Source: Somniosus microcephalus
Taxonomy: Eukaryota
Assembly: GCA_052327205.1 (NCBI GenBank)
Contig: CM126211.1
Location: 157,604,001-157,668,000 of the forward strand
DNA length: 64,000 nucleotides
Direction of reading: 5' to 3'
The notes beneath the pieces are model-generated. The model saw only the letters and a program-made list of their open reading frames with translations. It was not told where the DNA came from and did not search any database. This document shows positions 32,415 to 43,758 of this stretch, in pieces (position 1 is the first letter of the stretch; the number at the start of each line of letters is the position of its first letter). The translations under genes and the position numbers were made by a program.

Positions 32415-33344
32415 GGTCCTAGGCGTTAGAATGTGGCAGCGGGTCTGTCCAGGCCGAGAATCAGGGCTCCGATGCGCAGGGCGTGGCTGCAATCCAAATC
32501 GACCCTCCCCCTTTAAGAGCTGACAGGCGCCAGCGTGTCTGCCTGCAATCGCTAACTGGCCACACCTGTGCTGCGCCCGCCCTCGGTGGTAGCGCCTCGC
32601 TTCTCCGGCTTAGCGCCTTAGGACAGTCGTGCAGCACCTGCTTTAGCGCTCCAAGCACCTCTTGGGGCGAAGCAGGTCAATTTAGCTGAAGGTGGCGATA
32701 ATTTGCGCCGGGCGCTAAATTTCGCGCCCGCTCAAATATAACGCCCCAAACGTGGCGACACTGATTTTCTAGACCAATATCTTCAAGTTTTCACAAGTAA
32801 GGATTTTTGTGTTTGACTCGGTTCAACTCTGATTACGCTCCTGTGAAACACTTTGGAAAGTTTGCTTGCATTCGGCGCTTTAAATGCGAGTTGTTGTTGA
32901 ATAGCCCACATGTGTTTTTCTTGTTCACAGAAGAAGTTTTACATTCTTTGTTCAATGATCAAGAATGTAAAATAGGTTTATCACTTTGATAGTCTTGAAA
33001 GATGGCCTTGAGTCAGCTTGAATGATATAGCGTAGTATTTTCCTCCATTCCTTAACTTTAGCCAAAGAGGTCCCTGCTTATACTTGAAACATTTTTTCCA
33101 CTAATTAGCAAACAGTTGAAAATACAACCTATAAATAGTAATTAAATAAGAACAAGATTCAGACAACTGTATTCCAGGCATCATAGACATAGGACTATTT
33201 TTGTAATTTGTTGTTGTTCCCTTTCTCTTTTCTTTGTGTTTCCCTGCAATAGGCACCTTCCATGATCAAAAGAATGGGTCTCCACAAAAATTGCTCCACA
33301 TTTGCCTGTTAGGACTGCAAGTTGGCTAGAACAGCTGACTATTT

Positions 33345-34095
33345 GGTTACAGGGAAAATCACTCCCATTTCCCAACAGCAGACCCACATTAATGTTAGTG
33401 ACTCTTAATTGCCCTCTGAAATGGCCTAGCAAGTCACTGTTGTATTAATCCCCTTTAAAAAAAGTATAAGAATAAAACCGATGGACCACCTGGTATCAAC
33501 TTAGGCATTAGATTCGGACACGACAAAGGCGCATCCAGCCCAGCTGACCCTGCAAAGGAGGCACATCCTCACTAACATCTGGGGACTTGTGTCAAAATTG
33601 GGAGAACTGTCCCACAGACCAGTCAAGCAGTAACCTGACATACTCACAGAATCATACGTATCAGCCAACGTCCCAGAGTCCTCCATCACCATCCTAGCAG
33701 GACAGACCCATCAGAATGTGACGGCACAGTGGTATGTAGTCTGGAGGGAGTGGCCCTGGGAGTCCTCAACTTTGATTCCAGATCCCATGAAATCTCATGG
33801 CATCAGGTCAAACATGGGCAAGGAAACCGCCTGTTGATTACCACCTACTACCCTCCCTCAGGTGATGAATCAGCAGACCTCCATGTTGAACACTGAAGGG
33901 AGCAAGGGCACAGAATGTACTCGGGATGAGGGATTTCAATGTCAATCACCAAGAGTGGCTCGGTAGTGCCATTACTGACTGAATTGGCTGAGTCCTGAAG
34001 GATATAACTGCCAGACTTTACTTGCGGTAAGTGATGAGAGACCAACACAAAGGAAAAACCTACCTGACCTTGTCCTACCTGTCGCACATGCAACT
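33345..34095 (+). mobile_element. Degraded 5' part of a LINE (5' UTR plus APE endonuclease)
   Basis: TNIWGLVSKLGEL...PDILTES, TTYYPPS, DFNVNHQEWLG and MRDQHKGKTYL; these are exonuclease/endonuclease/phosphatase motifs in broken frames. Confidence 0.75.
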
Positions 34096-34099
34096 ACTT

Positions 34100-34505
34100 A
34101 AGAACATAAGAAATAGGAGCAGGAGTAGGCCATTTGGCACTTCGCGTCTGCTCCGCCATTCAATAAGATCATGGCTGATCTTCTTCCTCATCTCCACTTC
34201 CCCATATCCCTTGATTCCCTTAATATCCAAAAATTTATCGATCTCTGTCTGAACCTCCACAGCCCTCTGGGGTAGAGAATTCTAAAAATTCACCATCCTC
34301 TGAGTGAAGAAATTTCTCCTCATCTCAGTCCTAAATGGCCGACCCCTTATTCTGAGACTGTCACCACTGGTTGAGACTCCCCAGCCAGGGGAAACATCCT
34401 CCCTGCATCTACCCTATCAAGCCCTGTAAGAATTTTGTATGTTTCAATAAGATCACCTCTCATTCTTCTAAACTCGAGAGAGTATAGGCCTAATCTACTC
34501 AATCT
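34100..34505 (-). mobile_element. CR1 3'-end fragment
   Basis: LSRLGLYSLEFRRMRGDLIETYKIL and tail ttcttatgttcttaag. Confidence 0.9.
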
Positions 34506-34507
34506 GT

Positions 34508-35070
34508 CTGTCATCACCCCTTTCCTCAAAAAGCAACCCTTGACCCCCCTATGTCCTTGCAAACTATCGCCCCATTTCCAACCTCCCCTTCCTCTCCAAA
34601 GTTCTTGAACATGTCGTCCCTGAAATCCGTGCCCATCTTTCCCAGAGCTTCTTGTTTGATCCCTCCAATCAGACTTCCGCCCCTGCTACAGTACCAAAAC
34701 TACTCTTACCAAGATCACAAATGACATCCTAATTGACTGCGACAAAGGTAATCTATCTCTTCTTGTACTTCTGGACCTGACTGCAGCCTTTGACACGGTT
34801 GACCACAAAATTCTGCTCCCATGCCTCTCCAGTGTTGTCGGGCTGGATGGGACTGCAGCTGAACGACGGATCACCTTTAGACTTGACTATGCCAATGCAC
34901 TCCTGGCTGACCACACCAGTTCTACCCTCCATAAACTTGAGGTCATCCAAAACTCTGCCGCTCATGTGCTAACCCACACCAAGTCCCACTCACCCATCTC
35001 CCTTGTACTTGCTGACCTACATTGGCTCCCAGTTAAGCAACGCCTTGATTTTAAAATTCTCATCCTTGTG
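34508..35070 (+). mobile_element. Degraded L2-type LINE RT fragment
   Basis: NYRPISNLPFLSKVLE, LTKITNDIL, LLVLLDLTAAFDTVDHKIL and HSPISLVLADLHWLPVKQRLDFKIL. Confidence 0.85.
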
Positions 35071-38000
35071 ATTTTTTTAAGTTTCTTAATTTTAATTTTA
35101 ATTAAAATGGATAGACTTGACTGCACAAAATTAATAGTTTTTCAGGGCCATAACCATTATTTAGCAGTCAATACGCTGTTAATTCTCCAGATACACCTAA
35201 TCCCTTTGGGTCTAACTTTTAGTGGGGAATTTAACAGCGTAATTACTGTGGAGCTCAGCAAAAAGGACCAAGAGACTGATTGAGGGGGAAAAATAGAGTA
35301 TGAGAGTAAACTGGCTAGGAACATAAAAGCGGACTGTAAAAGCTTCTACAAGTATGTAAAAAGAAAAAAGAGTACTGAAGACAAATGTAGGTCATAGAAA
35401 CATAGAAGATAGGAGCAGGAGTAGGCCATTCGGCCCCTCGAGCCTGCTCCGCCATTCAATGCGATCATGGCTGATCATCCAAATTCAGTACCCTGTCCCT
35501 GCTTTCTCCCCATACCCCTTGATCCCCTTAGCCTTAAGAAATATACCTAACTCCTTGAATATATTTAATGAATTGGCCTCAACTGTCTTCTGTGGTAGGG
35601 AATTCCACAGGTTCGCCACTCTCTGGGTGAAGAAATTCCTTCTCATCTCTGTCCTAAATGGCTTACCCCTTATCTTTAGACTGTGACCCCTGGTTCTGGA
35701 CTCCCCCGCCATCGGGAACAGCTTTCCTGCATCTAGTCTGCCTAGTCCTGTTAGAATTTTATAAGTTTCAATGAGATCCCCTCTCATTCTTCTAAACTCT
35801 AGCGAAAAAAAGCCTAATTGACCCAGTCTCTCTTCATATGTCATTCCTGCCATCCCAGGTATCAGTCTGGTGAATCTTCGCTGCACTCCCTCCATGGCAA
35901 GAACATCCTTCCTCAGATAAGGCGACCAAAACTGCACACAATACTCAAGCTGTGGCCTCACCAAGGCCCTGTACAACTGCAGCAAGCCATCCTTGCTCCT
36001 GCACTTGAATCCTCTCGCTATGAAGGCCAGCATGCCTTTTGCCTTCTTAGCTGCCTGCTGCACCTGCATGCTTACCTTCAGCGACTGGTACACAAGGACA
36101 CCCAGGTCTCGTTGCACTTCCCCTTTTCCCAATCTATTGCCGTTCAGATAATAATCTGCCTTCCTGTTTTTGCCACCAAAGTGGATAACCTCGCATTTAT
36201 CCACATTATACTGCATCTGCCCAATCGCCCAACCTGTCCAAATCGTACTGGAGTTTCTCTGCATCCTCACAGCAAACACGCCCACCCAGCTTTGTGTTGT
36301 CTGCAAACTTGGAGATATTACATCTAGTCCCCTTGTCTAGATCAATAATATATATTGTGAATAACTGGGGTCCTAGCACCGATCCCTGCAGTACCCCACT
36401 AGCCACTGCCTTCCACTCGAAAAAAGACCCATTTTTTCCAACTCTTTGCTTCCTGTCTGCCAACCAGTTTTCTATCCAAGTCAGTACCTTACCCCCAATC
36501 CCATGTGCTTTAACATTGCACGCTAGTCTCTTATGCGGGACCTTATCGAAAGCCTTCTGAAAGTCCAAATACACTACATCCACTGGTTCTCCCTTATCTA
36601 TTCTACCAGTTACATTCTCAAAAAATTCCAGTAGATTAGTCAAGCATGATTTACCTTTTGTAAATCCATGTTGACTTTGTCCGATCCTGTCACTGTTTTC
36701 CAAGTGCTCTGCTATTACATCTTTTATAATGGACTCTAGCATTTTCCCCACAACCGATGTCAGGCTTACCGGTCTATAATTCCCCGTTTTTTCTCTACCA
36801 CCTTTTTTAAATAGTGGGGTTACATTAGCTACCCTCCAATCCTTGGGAACTGTTCCAGAGTCTATAGAATTTTGGAAGATGACCAGCAATGCATCTACTA
36901 TTTCTAGGGCCACTTCCTTAAGTACCCTAGGATGTAGATTATCAGGCCCTGGGGATTTATCGGCCTTCAATCCCGTCAATTTCCCTAACACCATTTCCCC
37001 ATAAATACTGATTTCATTCAGTTCCTCCCTCTCATTAGACCCTATATTCCCCGACATCTCTGGGAGTTTATTTGTGTCCTCCTTTGTGAAGACAGAACAA
37101 AAGCATGTATTTAATTGGTCTGCCATGTCTTTATTCCCCATTATAAATTCCCCTGATTCTGACTGCAAGGGATCTACGCTTGACTTTACCAATCTTTTTC
37201 TCTTCACATATCTATAGAAGCTTTTACAGTCAGTTTTTATGTTCCCTGAAAGCTTACTCTCATACTCTATTTTCCCCCTCTTAATTAATCCTTTGTCCTC
37301 CTTTGCTGAATCCTAAACTGCTCCCAATACTCAGGTTTGCTGCTTTTTCTGGCCAATTTATGTCCTCCCCTTGGATCTTATGCTATCCCTAATTTCCCTT
37401 GATAGCCACGGTTGAGTCACCATTTTTGTTTTATTTTTATGCCAAACAGGGATGAACAAATTCTGTAGTTCATCCATGCGATCTTTAAATGTTTGCCATT
37501 GCCTATTCACCGTCAACCCTTTAAGTAACATTCCCCAACCCATCCTAGCCAACTCGCGCCTCATACCATCGTAGTTTCCTTTATTTAAATTCAGTACTCA
37601 AGTCTCTAAATCAACTACTTCATCTCCATCTTAATGAAGAATTCTATCATATTATGATCGCTCCTTCCCAAGGGGCCTCGCATAACAAGATTGCTAATTA
37701 ATCCTTTCTCATTACATAATACCCAGTCTAAGATGGCCTGATCTCTAGTTGGTTCCTCGACACATTGGTCCAGGAAACCATCCTGTATACACTCTAGGAA
37801 TTCCTCTTCCACAGTATTGTCACTAATTTGGTTAGACCAATCTATATGTAGATTAAAGTCACCCATGATAACTGCTGTGCCCTTATTGCACGAATCTCTA
37901 ATTTCCCATTTAATGCTATCCCCAACCTCAGTATTACTGTTTGGGGGTCTGTATACAACTCCCACTAACATTTTCTGCCCCTTGGTATTTCTCAGCTCTA

Positions 38001-38689
38001 CCCATACAGATTCCACATCATCAGAGCTAATATCCTTCCTTACTAATGTGTTAATCTCTTTAACCAGCAATGCTACCCCACTGCCTTTTCCTTTTTGCCT
38101 GTCCTTCCTGAATATTGACTACCCCTGGATGTTGAATTCCCAGCCTTGGTCACCCTAGAGCCATGTCTCCATAATCCCAATTATATCATATCCGTTTACA
38201 TCTATTTGCGTAGCTAATTCATCCACCTTATTACGAATGCTCCTCGCATTAAGACACAAAGCCTTCAGGCTTGTATTTTTAACACTCTTAGACCTTTTCG
38301 AATTGTTGTTTACTGCGGCCATGTTGGATTTACACCCTTGATTTCTCTGACTTACACTTTTGCTTCTATCCTTGCTTCCCTTTCCTCTGTCTCCCTGCAC
38401 AGGTTCCCAACCCCCTGTCATTTTAGTTTAAACCCTCCCCAACAGCACTAGCAAACACTCCCCCCGAGGACATTGGTCCTGGTCCTGCCCAGGTGCAAAC
38501 CGTCCAGTTTGTACTGGTCCCACCTCCCCCAGAACCGGTTCCAATGTCCCAGGAATTTGAATCCCTCCCCCTTGCACCATTCTTCTAGCCACATATTCAT
38601 CTGAAATATCCTTCTATTTCTACTCTGACTAGCACATGGCACTGGTAGCAATCCTGAGATTACTACCTTTGAGGTCCTATTTTTTAATT

Positions 38690-39617
38690 CATAATCATAA
38701 TCATAATCAACTTTATTGTCATTGTTAGTGCACAAGTGCAGTACAACGAAATGTAGGCTTGCGGCTCCCGAGAGTGTACATTTAGATTAAGACATTTAAA
38801 CATTCAACATTCATTTGGCTTGTAATACATTAACATAAACATAATAAAGTGCATTGGCAGATGTGCAGGCTTTAGAGTTTATTTGTGGAGTTCAGTAGGA
38901 TGACAGCCCTGGGAAAGAAGCTGTTCCTAAATCTGGTCGTTCGGGTGCGAATGCATCTGTAGCGTCTCCCAGATGGCAGGAGGGCGAACAGACTGTGGCT
39001 GGGGTGGGTAGGGTCTTTGATGATGGTCCGTGACCTCCATAAACAGCATTTCTGGTATATGTGCTCTATGGTCGGTAGCCGGGTGCCGATGATGCGTTAG
39101 GCAGTTTTGAGTACCCGCTGCAGGGCTTTCCGGTCATAGTAGCTACAGCTGCCATACCATACTGTGATACAGTTCGTCAGGATGCTCTCTACTGTGCAGC
39201 GGTAAAAGTTAGAGAGGATCAGGGGTGACAGGTTACATCCATTCAGCCTTCTTAGGAAATATAGGCGCTGCTGGGCCTTCTTCACCAGAGAGGAGGTATT
39301 GAGAGACCAGGAGAGGTCTTCCGTGATATGGACTCCGAGGAATTTAAAGCTGTCCACCCTTTCCACCACAGCCCCATGGATGTGGATGGGGGTGTGACTT
39401 CCGCCTTTAGACTTCCTGAAGTCCACAATGATTTCTTTGGTTTTCTTGATGTTGAGGGCCAGGTTGTTATCGGCGCACCACTTCACGAGATGCTGGACCT
39501 CCTCCCTGTAGGCTGACTCATCGTTGTTGGTGATCTGGCCTACCACCGTGGTATCATCCGCAAACTTGATGATGGTGTTGGAACCATGAACAGCCACACA
39601 GTCGTGGGTGAAGAGGG
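38690..39617 (-). mobile_element. 5'-truncated Rex1/Babar LINE inside CR1 ORF1
   Basis: LFTHDC, IIKFADDTTVVG, KTKEIIVDFRK, FKFLGVHI and KKAQQRLYFLRRL. AATAAA followed by a (TGATTA)n microsatellite tail. Confidence 0.9.
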
Positions 39618-39838
39618 ATTTCCTTCAATTTCTGCTTCTCATTAGACCCTTGGTTCCCTAGCATTTCTGGGAAGTTAATTTCCTTTAATTCCTCCTTCTC
39701 ATTAGACCCTTGGTTCCCTAGCATCTCTGGGAAGTTAGTTGTGTCCTCTTCTGTGAAGACGGAACCAAAGTATTTGTTTAATTCCTAGCCATTTCCTTGT
39801 TCCCCATTATAAATTCTCCAGTTTCGGACTGTAAGGCC
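39618..39838 (-). repeat. Inverted copy of 40952-41113 (39677-39838) plus a partial 60-bp-period tandem copy (39618-39676)
   Basis: Direct comparison shows 162 bp with 2 mismatches seen. Confidence 0.92.
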
Positions 39839-40804
39839 CTTTATTCAGCTTTTAAGACCTCATCCTGTTTTTTGCCTATATCATTGGTACCTATATGCAC
39901 CACGACAACTGGCTGTTCACCCTCCCCCTCCAGAATGCCCTGCAGCCGCTCCGAGACATCCTTGACCCTTGCACCAGGGAGGCAACATGCCATCCTGGAG
40001 TCGCGTTTATGGCCTCAGAAATGCCTAGCTATTCCCCTTATAATAGAATCCCCTATCACTATAGCTCTCTCGCTCTTTTTCCTCCTGTCCTGTGCAGCAG
40101 AACCACCCATGGTGCCAGGAAGTTGGTTGTTGCTGCCTTCCCCCGATAAGCCATCCTCCCCAACAATATCCAAATTGGTATATCTGTTTGAGAGGGGGAT
40201 GGCCACAGGGGACCCCTGCACTACCTGCCTGCGCCTACTACTCTGCCTGGCGGTCACCCACTCCCTCCCTGCCTGTGCAGCCTTTACCTGCGGTGTGACC
40301 AACTGTTTAAACGTGATATCCACTACGTCCTCAGCATCGCGAATGCTCCAGTATGTATCCATTTGCAGCTCCAGCACTGCAGTGCAGTCTGCCAGTAGCG
40401 GCAGCTGGACACACTTCTCGCACACATGGTCGTCAGGGACACAGGAAGTGTCCCTGATTTCCCACATAGTGCAGGAGGAGCATGCCACGGGGCCGAGCTT
40501 TGCTGCCATGACTTACCCTTTAATTAATTTAAATTAAATCAATACCACCAATTATACTACAATTAAATGATATACTCAAGGGCCCTGGTTTCCTAGCACT
40601 CCCCGCTACACAACAGAGACCTTCGAAACTATAACCACAAAATTAAGACCATCTAAACTTTATAAACTATGAACCTTAACTGTCAAACTATAGAGTAATA
40701 TTAGTACTCTCCAATGTGATAATCAGCTACTTCCTCCTGCCCGCGTCACATTTTGAATCGTGACGTGGCTCTGGAGCGCTGCCACTGGTCTGCGAGATTG
40801 GTAA

Positions 40805-40955
40805 GCCTCTGTAAAAAAAAGCCCGCAAAAGTGAGTTTAAATACTCACTGAACCTCCGCTCTCACCACTCCCGACACTGGCCTGTGAAAAAAAGCCCGCA
40901 AAAGTGAGTTTAAATGCTCACTGAACCTCCACTCTCACCACTCCCAACAATGGCC
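40805..40955. repeat. Two-copy 73-bp tandem repeat at the CR1 5' end
   Basis: GCCCGCAAAAGTGAGTTTAAAT starts at 40821 and at 40894. Confidence 0.9.
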
Positions 40956-42093
40956 TTACAGTCCGAAACTGGAGAATTTATAATGGGGAACAAGGAAATG
41001 GCTAGGAATTAAACAAACACTTTGGTTCCGTCTTCACAGAAGAGGACACAACTAACTTCCCAGAAATGCTAGGGAACCAAGGGTCTAATGAGAAGGAGGA
41101 ATTAAAGGAAATTTGTATTAGTAAAAAAATAGTGCTGAAGAAATGAATGGGACTGAAAGCCGATTAAATCCCCAGGGCCTGATAATCTGCATCCCAGAGT
41201 ACTAAGAGAGGCAGCCATGGAAATAGTGGATGCATTGGTTGTCATCTTCCAAAATTCTATAGATTATGAAACAATTCCTGCAGATTGGAGGGTGGCAAAT
41301 ATAACCCCACTATTTAAAAAAGGGAGGGAGAGAGAAAACCGGGAACTAGGTTAGCCTAACATCAGTAGTAGGGAAAATGATAGTCTATTATAAAAGATGT
41401 GATAACAGGACACTTAGAAAATCTCAACGGGTTTAGGCAAAGTCAACATGGATTTATGAAAGGGAAATCGTGTTTGACAAACCTACTGGAGTTTTTTGAG
41501 GATGTAACTGGTAGAATAGAGTGGATGTGGTGTATTTGGATTTTCAGAAGGCCTTTGATAAAGTCCCACATTAGAGGTTAGTGTGCAAAATTAAAGCACA
41601 TGGGATTGGGGGTAATATACTGGCATGGATTGAAAATTGGTTAACAGACCGGCAACAGAGAGTAGGAATAAATGGGTCTTTTTCAGGGTGGCAGGCAGTC
41701 ACTAGTGAGGTACCGCAGGGATCAGTGCTGGGGCCCCAGCTATTCACAATATATATCAATAATTTGGATGAGGGAACCAAATGTAATATTTCCAAGTTTG
41801 CTGACGACACAAAACTAGGTGGGATTGTGAGTTGTGAGGAGGCTGCAAAGAGGCTTCAAGGCTATTTAGACAAGTTGAGTGAGTGGGCAAATACATGGCA
41901 GATGCAGTATAACGTGGATAAATGTGAAGTTATCCACTTCGGTAGGAAAAACAGAAAGGCAGAGTATTATTTAAATGTTGATAAATTGGGAAATGTTGAT
42001 GTACAGAGGGACCTGGGTGTCCTTGTACACCAGTCACTGAAAGCTAACATGCAGGTGCAGCAAGCAGTTAGGAAGGCAAATGGTATGTTGGCC

Positions 42094-42593
42094 NNNNNNN
42101 NNNNNNNNNNNNNNNNNNNNNNNNNNNNNNNNNNNNNNNNNNNNNNNNNNNNNNNNNNNNNNNNNNNNNNNNNNNNNNNNNNNNNNNNNNNNNNNNNNNN
42201 NNNNNNNNNNNNNNNNNNNNNNNNNNNNNNNNNNNNNNNNNNNNNNNNNNNNNNNNNNNNNNNNNNNNNNNNNNNNNNNNNNNNNNNNNNNNNNNNNNNN
42301 NNNNNNNNNNNNNNNNNNNNNNNNNNNNNNNNNNNNNNNNNNNNNNNNNNNNNNNNNNNNNNNNNNNNNNNNNNNNNNNNNNNNNNNNNNNNNNNNNNNN
42401 NNNNNNNNNNNNNNNNNNNNNNNNNNNNNNNNNNNNNNNNNNNNNNNNNNNNNNNNNNNNNNNNNNNNNNNNNNNNNNNNNNNNNNNNNNNNNNNNNNNN
42501 NNNNNNNNNNNNNNNNNNNNNNNNNNNNNNNNNNNNNNNNNNNNNNNNNNNNNNNNNNNNNNNNNNNNNNNNNNNNNNNNNNNNNNNNNNNNN
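42094..42593. other. Assembly gap of 500 N
   Basis: A run of exactly 500 N. Confidence 1.
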
Positions 42594-42910
42594 AGAACAT
42601 GGAGGGAGTCATCGTTGAAGCGTGGCACAGCCCTCTGTCTCTCTGCAGTCATTTTTCAATCGAGTAGCACTCAGGAGTATAGAAGCAGAAATGAGCACAA
42701 ATGGGGACATGGCCCCCTTAAATACACCGGCAGCCAACGCGTCATCAGAGGAGCTCAACAGACCCGCACCTAGTGATTGGGCTGGGTAACGCGCACGGCG
42801 GGCTTAACAAGCCCAATCAACGGAAAATTGTTTGTGCAGAGCGGCTGCAGCTGGGAGCAGGACCGGAACCCGCCAACTACCTCTCCTGCCGCGAACCTGC
42901 TCTGCTTATA

Positions 42911-43259
42911 CAGGTTGGACCCCGGTAATCCGGCACCCTCGGGACCAGGCCGGTGCCGGACTATTGAAAATTCCGAACCACTGAAGGTGTCGAAAGTCAC
43001 CACAAACACCGCCACCACCTGCTCCTCCTCTTCCTGCTGCTGCCCTCCCTGTGCCGCCGCCCACGGGCTGCTCGGGCTCCATCGCTCCGCTGAGCCATCG
43101 GTGATGCTGCGCGGTCCAGGCGCTGATCCTGACCCGGCGGCGGTCCCGGGACCCGAGCCGGACCCATCCCAGGGAGGGAATGTGACAGCAGGACCTTCCT
43201 CGTGCCGGTCCACTGAAGGTGCCAGACCGTCGGGTGCCGGATTACCGGGGTTCAACCTG
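42911..43259. mobile_element. Duplicate copy of the pogo/Tigger-like MITE
   Basis: Same as 14466-14814. Confidence 0.9.
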
Positions 43260-43758
43260 TATGAGCTATATGTTCCAGTGGTAGCACATCTTCTGTTATT
43301 TGGCATACAGTTTTAACACCACATCTGAAGTTTAGACTCTGCGTTTTCAGTTGTCTGAGAAAATGATGGTGGTAGAATTGTACTGGTCATCCCATGCATC
43401 ATAGTTAAAAAGGAGGTATTTGGTTAAAGTTTGTAGATCCTTAACTATTGTATGTGACTGAAACCAAAGACATTCACCAAATTTATTTAGTAACCGAACT
43501 AGGCAAACCCATCACAAGATAGAATTTACAGTGTTATAGACGGAATAAATTTACTCGGAAAGCTATTAAAGCAGATTAAATAATTGGGTTCCATAAACAA
43601 CTCTATTTCTGGAGACACCTGAAGTAACTGGATATAGCAGGATTGTTGAGTAGAATTACTTTTTCCTGTTCCTAAAATAGTTTGTTTCCATTACTCTAGT
43701 AGTTCTTGATCTACCGGGTAAAGTTGAGAATGACACTACCTGACCCAGTAGAAACTGT

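Larger units (their letters stand above)
28733..32775. mobile_element. Complete 4.0-kb PIF/Harbinger transposon 2 with convergent transposase and Myb-like genes
   Basis: TIRs GGGGGAGAAATTCAGT and GGTCTAGAAAATCAGT (12/16), TSD AAT at 28730-28732 and 32776-32778. GC-rich subterminal regions carry repeated TAGCGCC. Confidence 0.93.
35394..40953 (-). mobile_element. Full-length degraded CR1 LINE: 5' UTR, ORF1 (zinc finger plus SGNH esterase) and ORF2 (APE-RT)
   Basis: ORF1 from 40509 reads CSSCTMW...CEKC, IVIGDSIIRG and DGLHL. ORF2 reads LNARSIRNK, GIMETWL, VYRPP, MGDFN, SDHN, YLDFQKAFDKV and FADNTK. Tail (ttctatg) lies at 35394-35408. Confidence 0.93.
35262..42093 (+). mobile_element. Host CR1 ORF2 fragment split by a nested full-length CR1 (parts 35262-35393 and 40954-42093; runs into the gap)
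   Basis: Joining aatgtaggtc to ccttacagtccgaaact gives continuous KTNVGPLQSETGEFIMGNKEMA. Later motifs are [27 protein letters not shown] and KFADDTK. Confidence 0.9.

Noticed and set aside
31578-32492. 304-aa single-exon Myb protein as listed in the ORF track
   Set aside because: It reads through a 231-bp GT-AG intron and into the next one. The spliced three-exon model matches element 1.
39618-40955. CRISPR-like or regularly spaced repeat array
   Set aside because: Only two-copy tandem duplications without unique spacers, in eukaryotic TE context. No repeat-spacer array was seen anywhere in the window.
41581-42667. Long ORFs containing X runs
   Set aside because: Artefacts of translating across the N gap.
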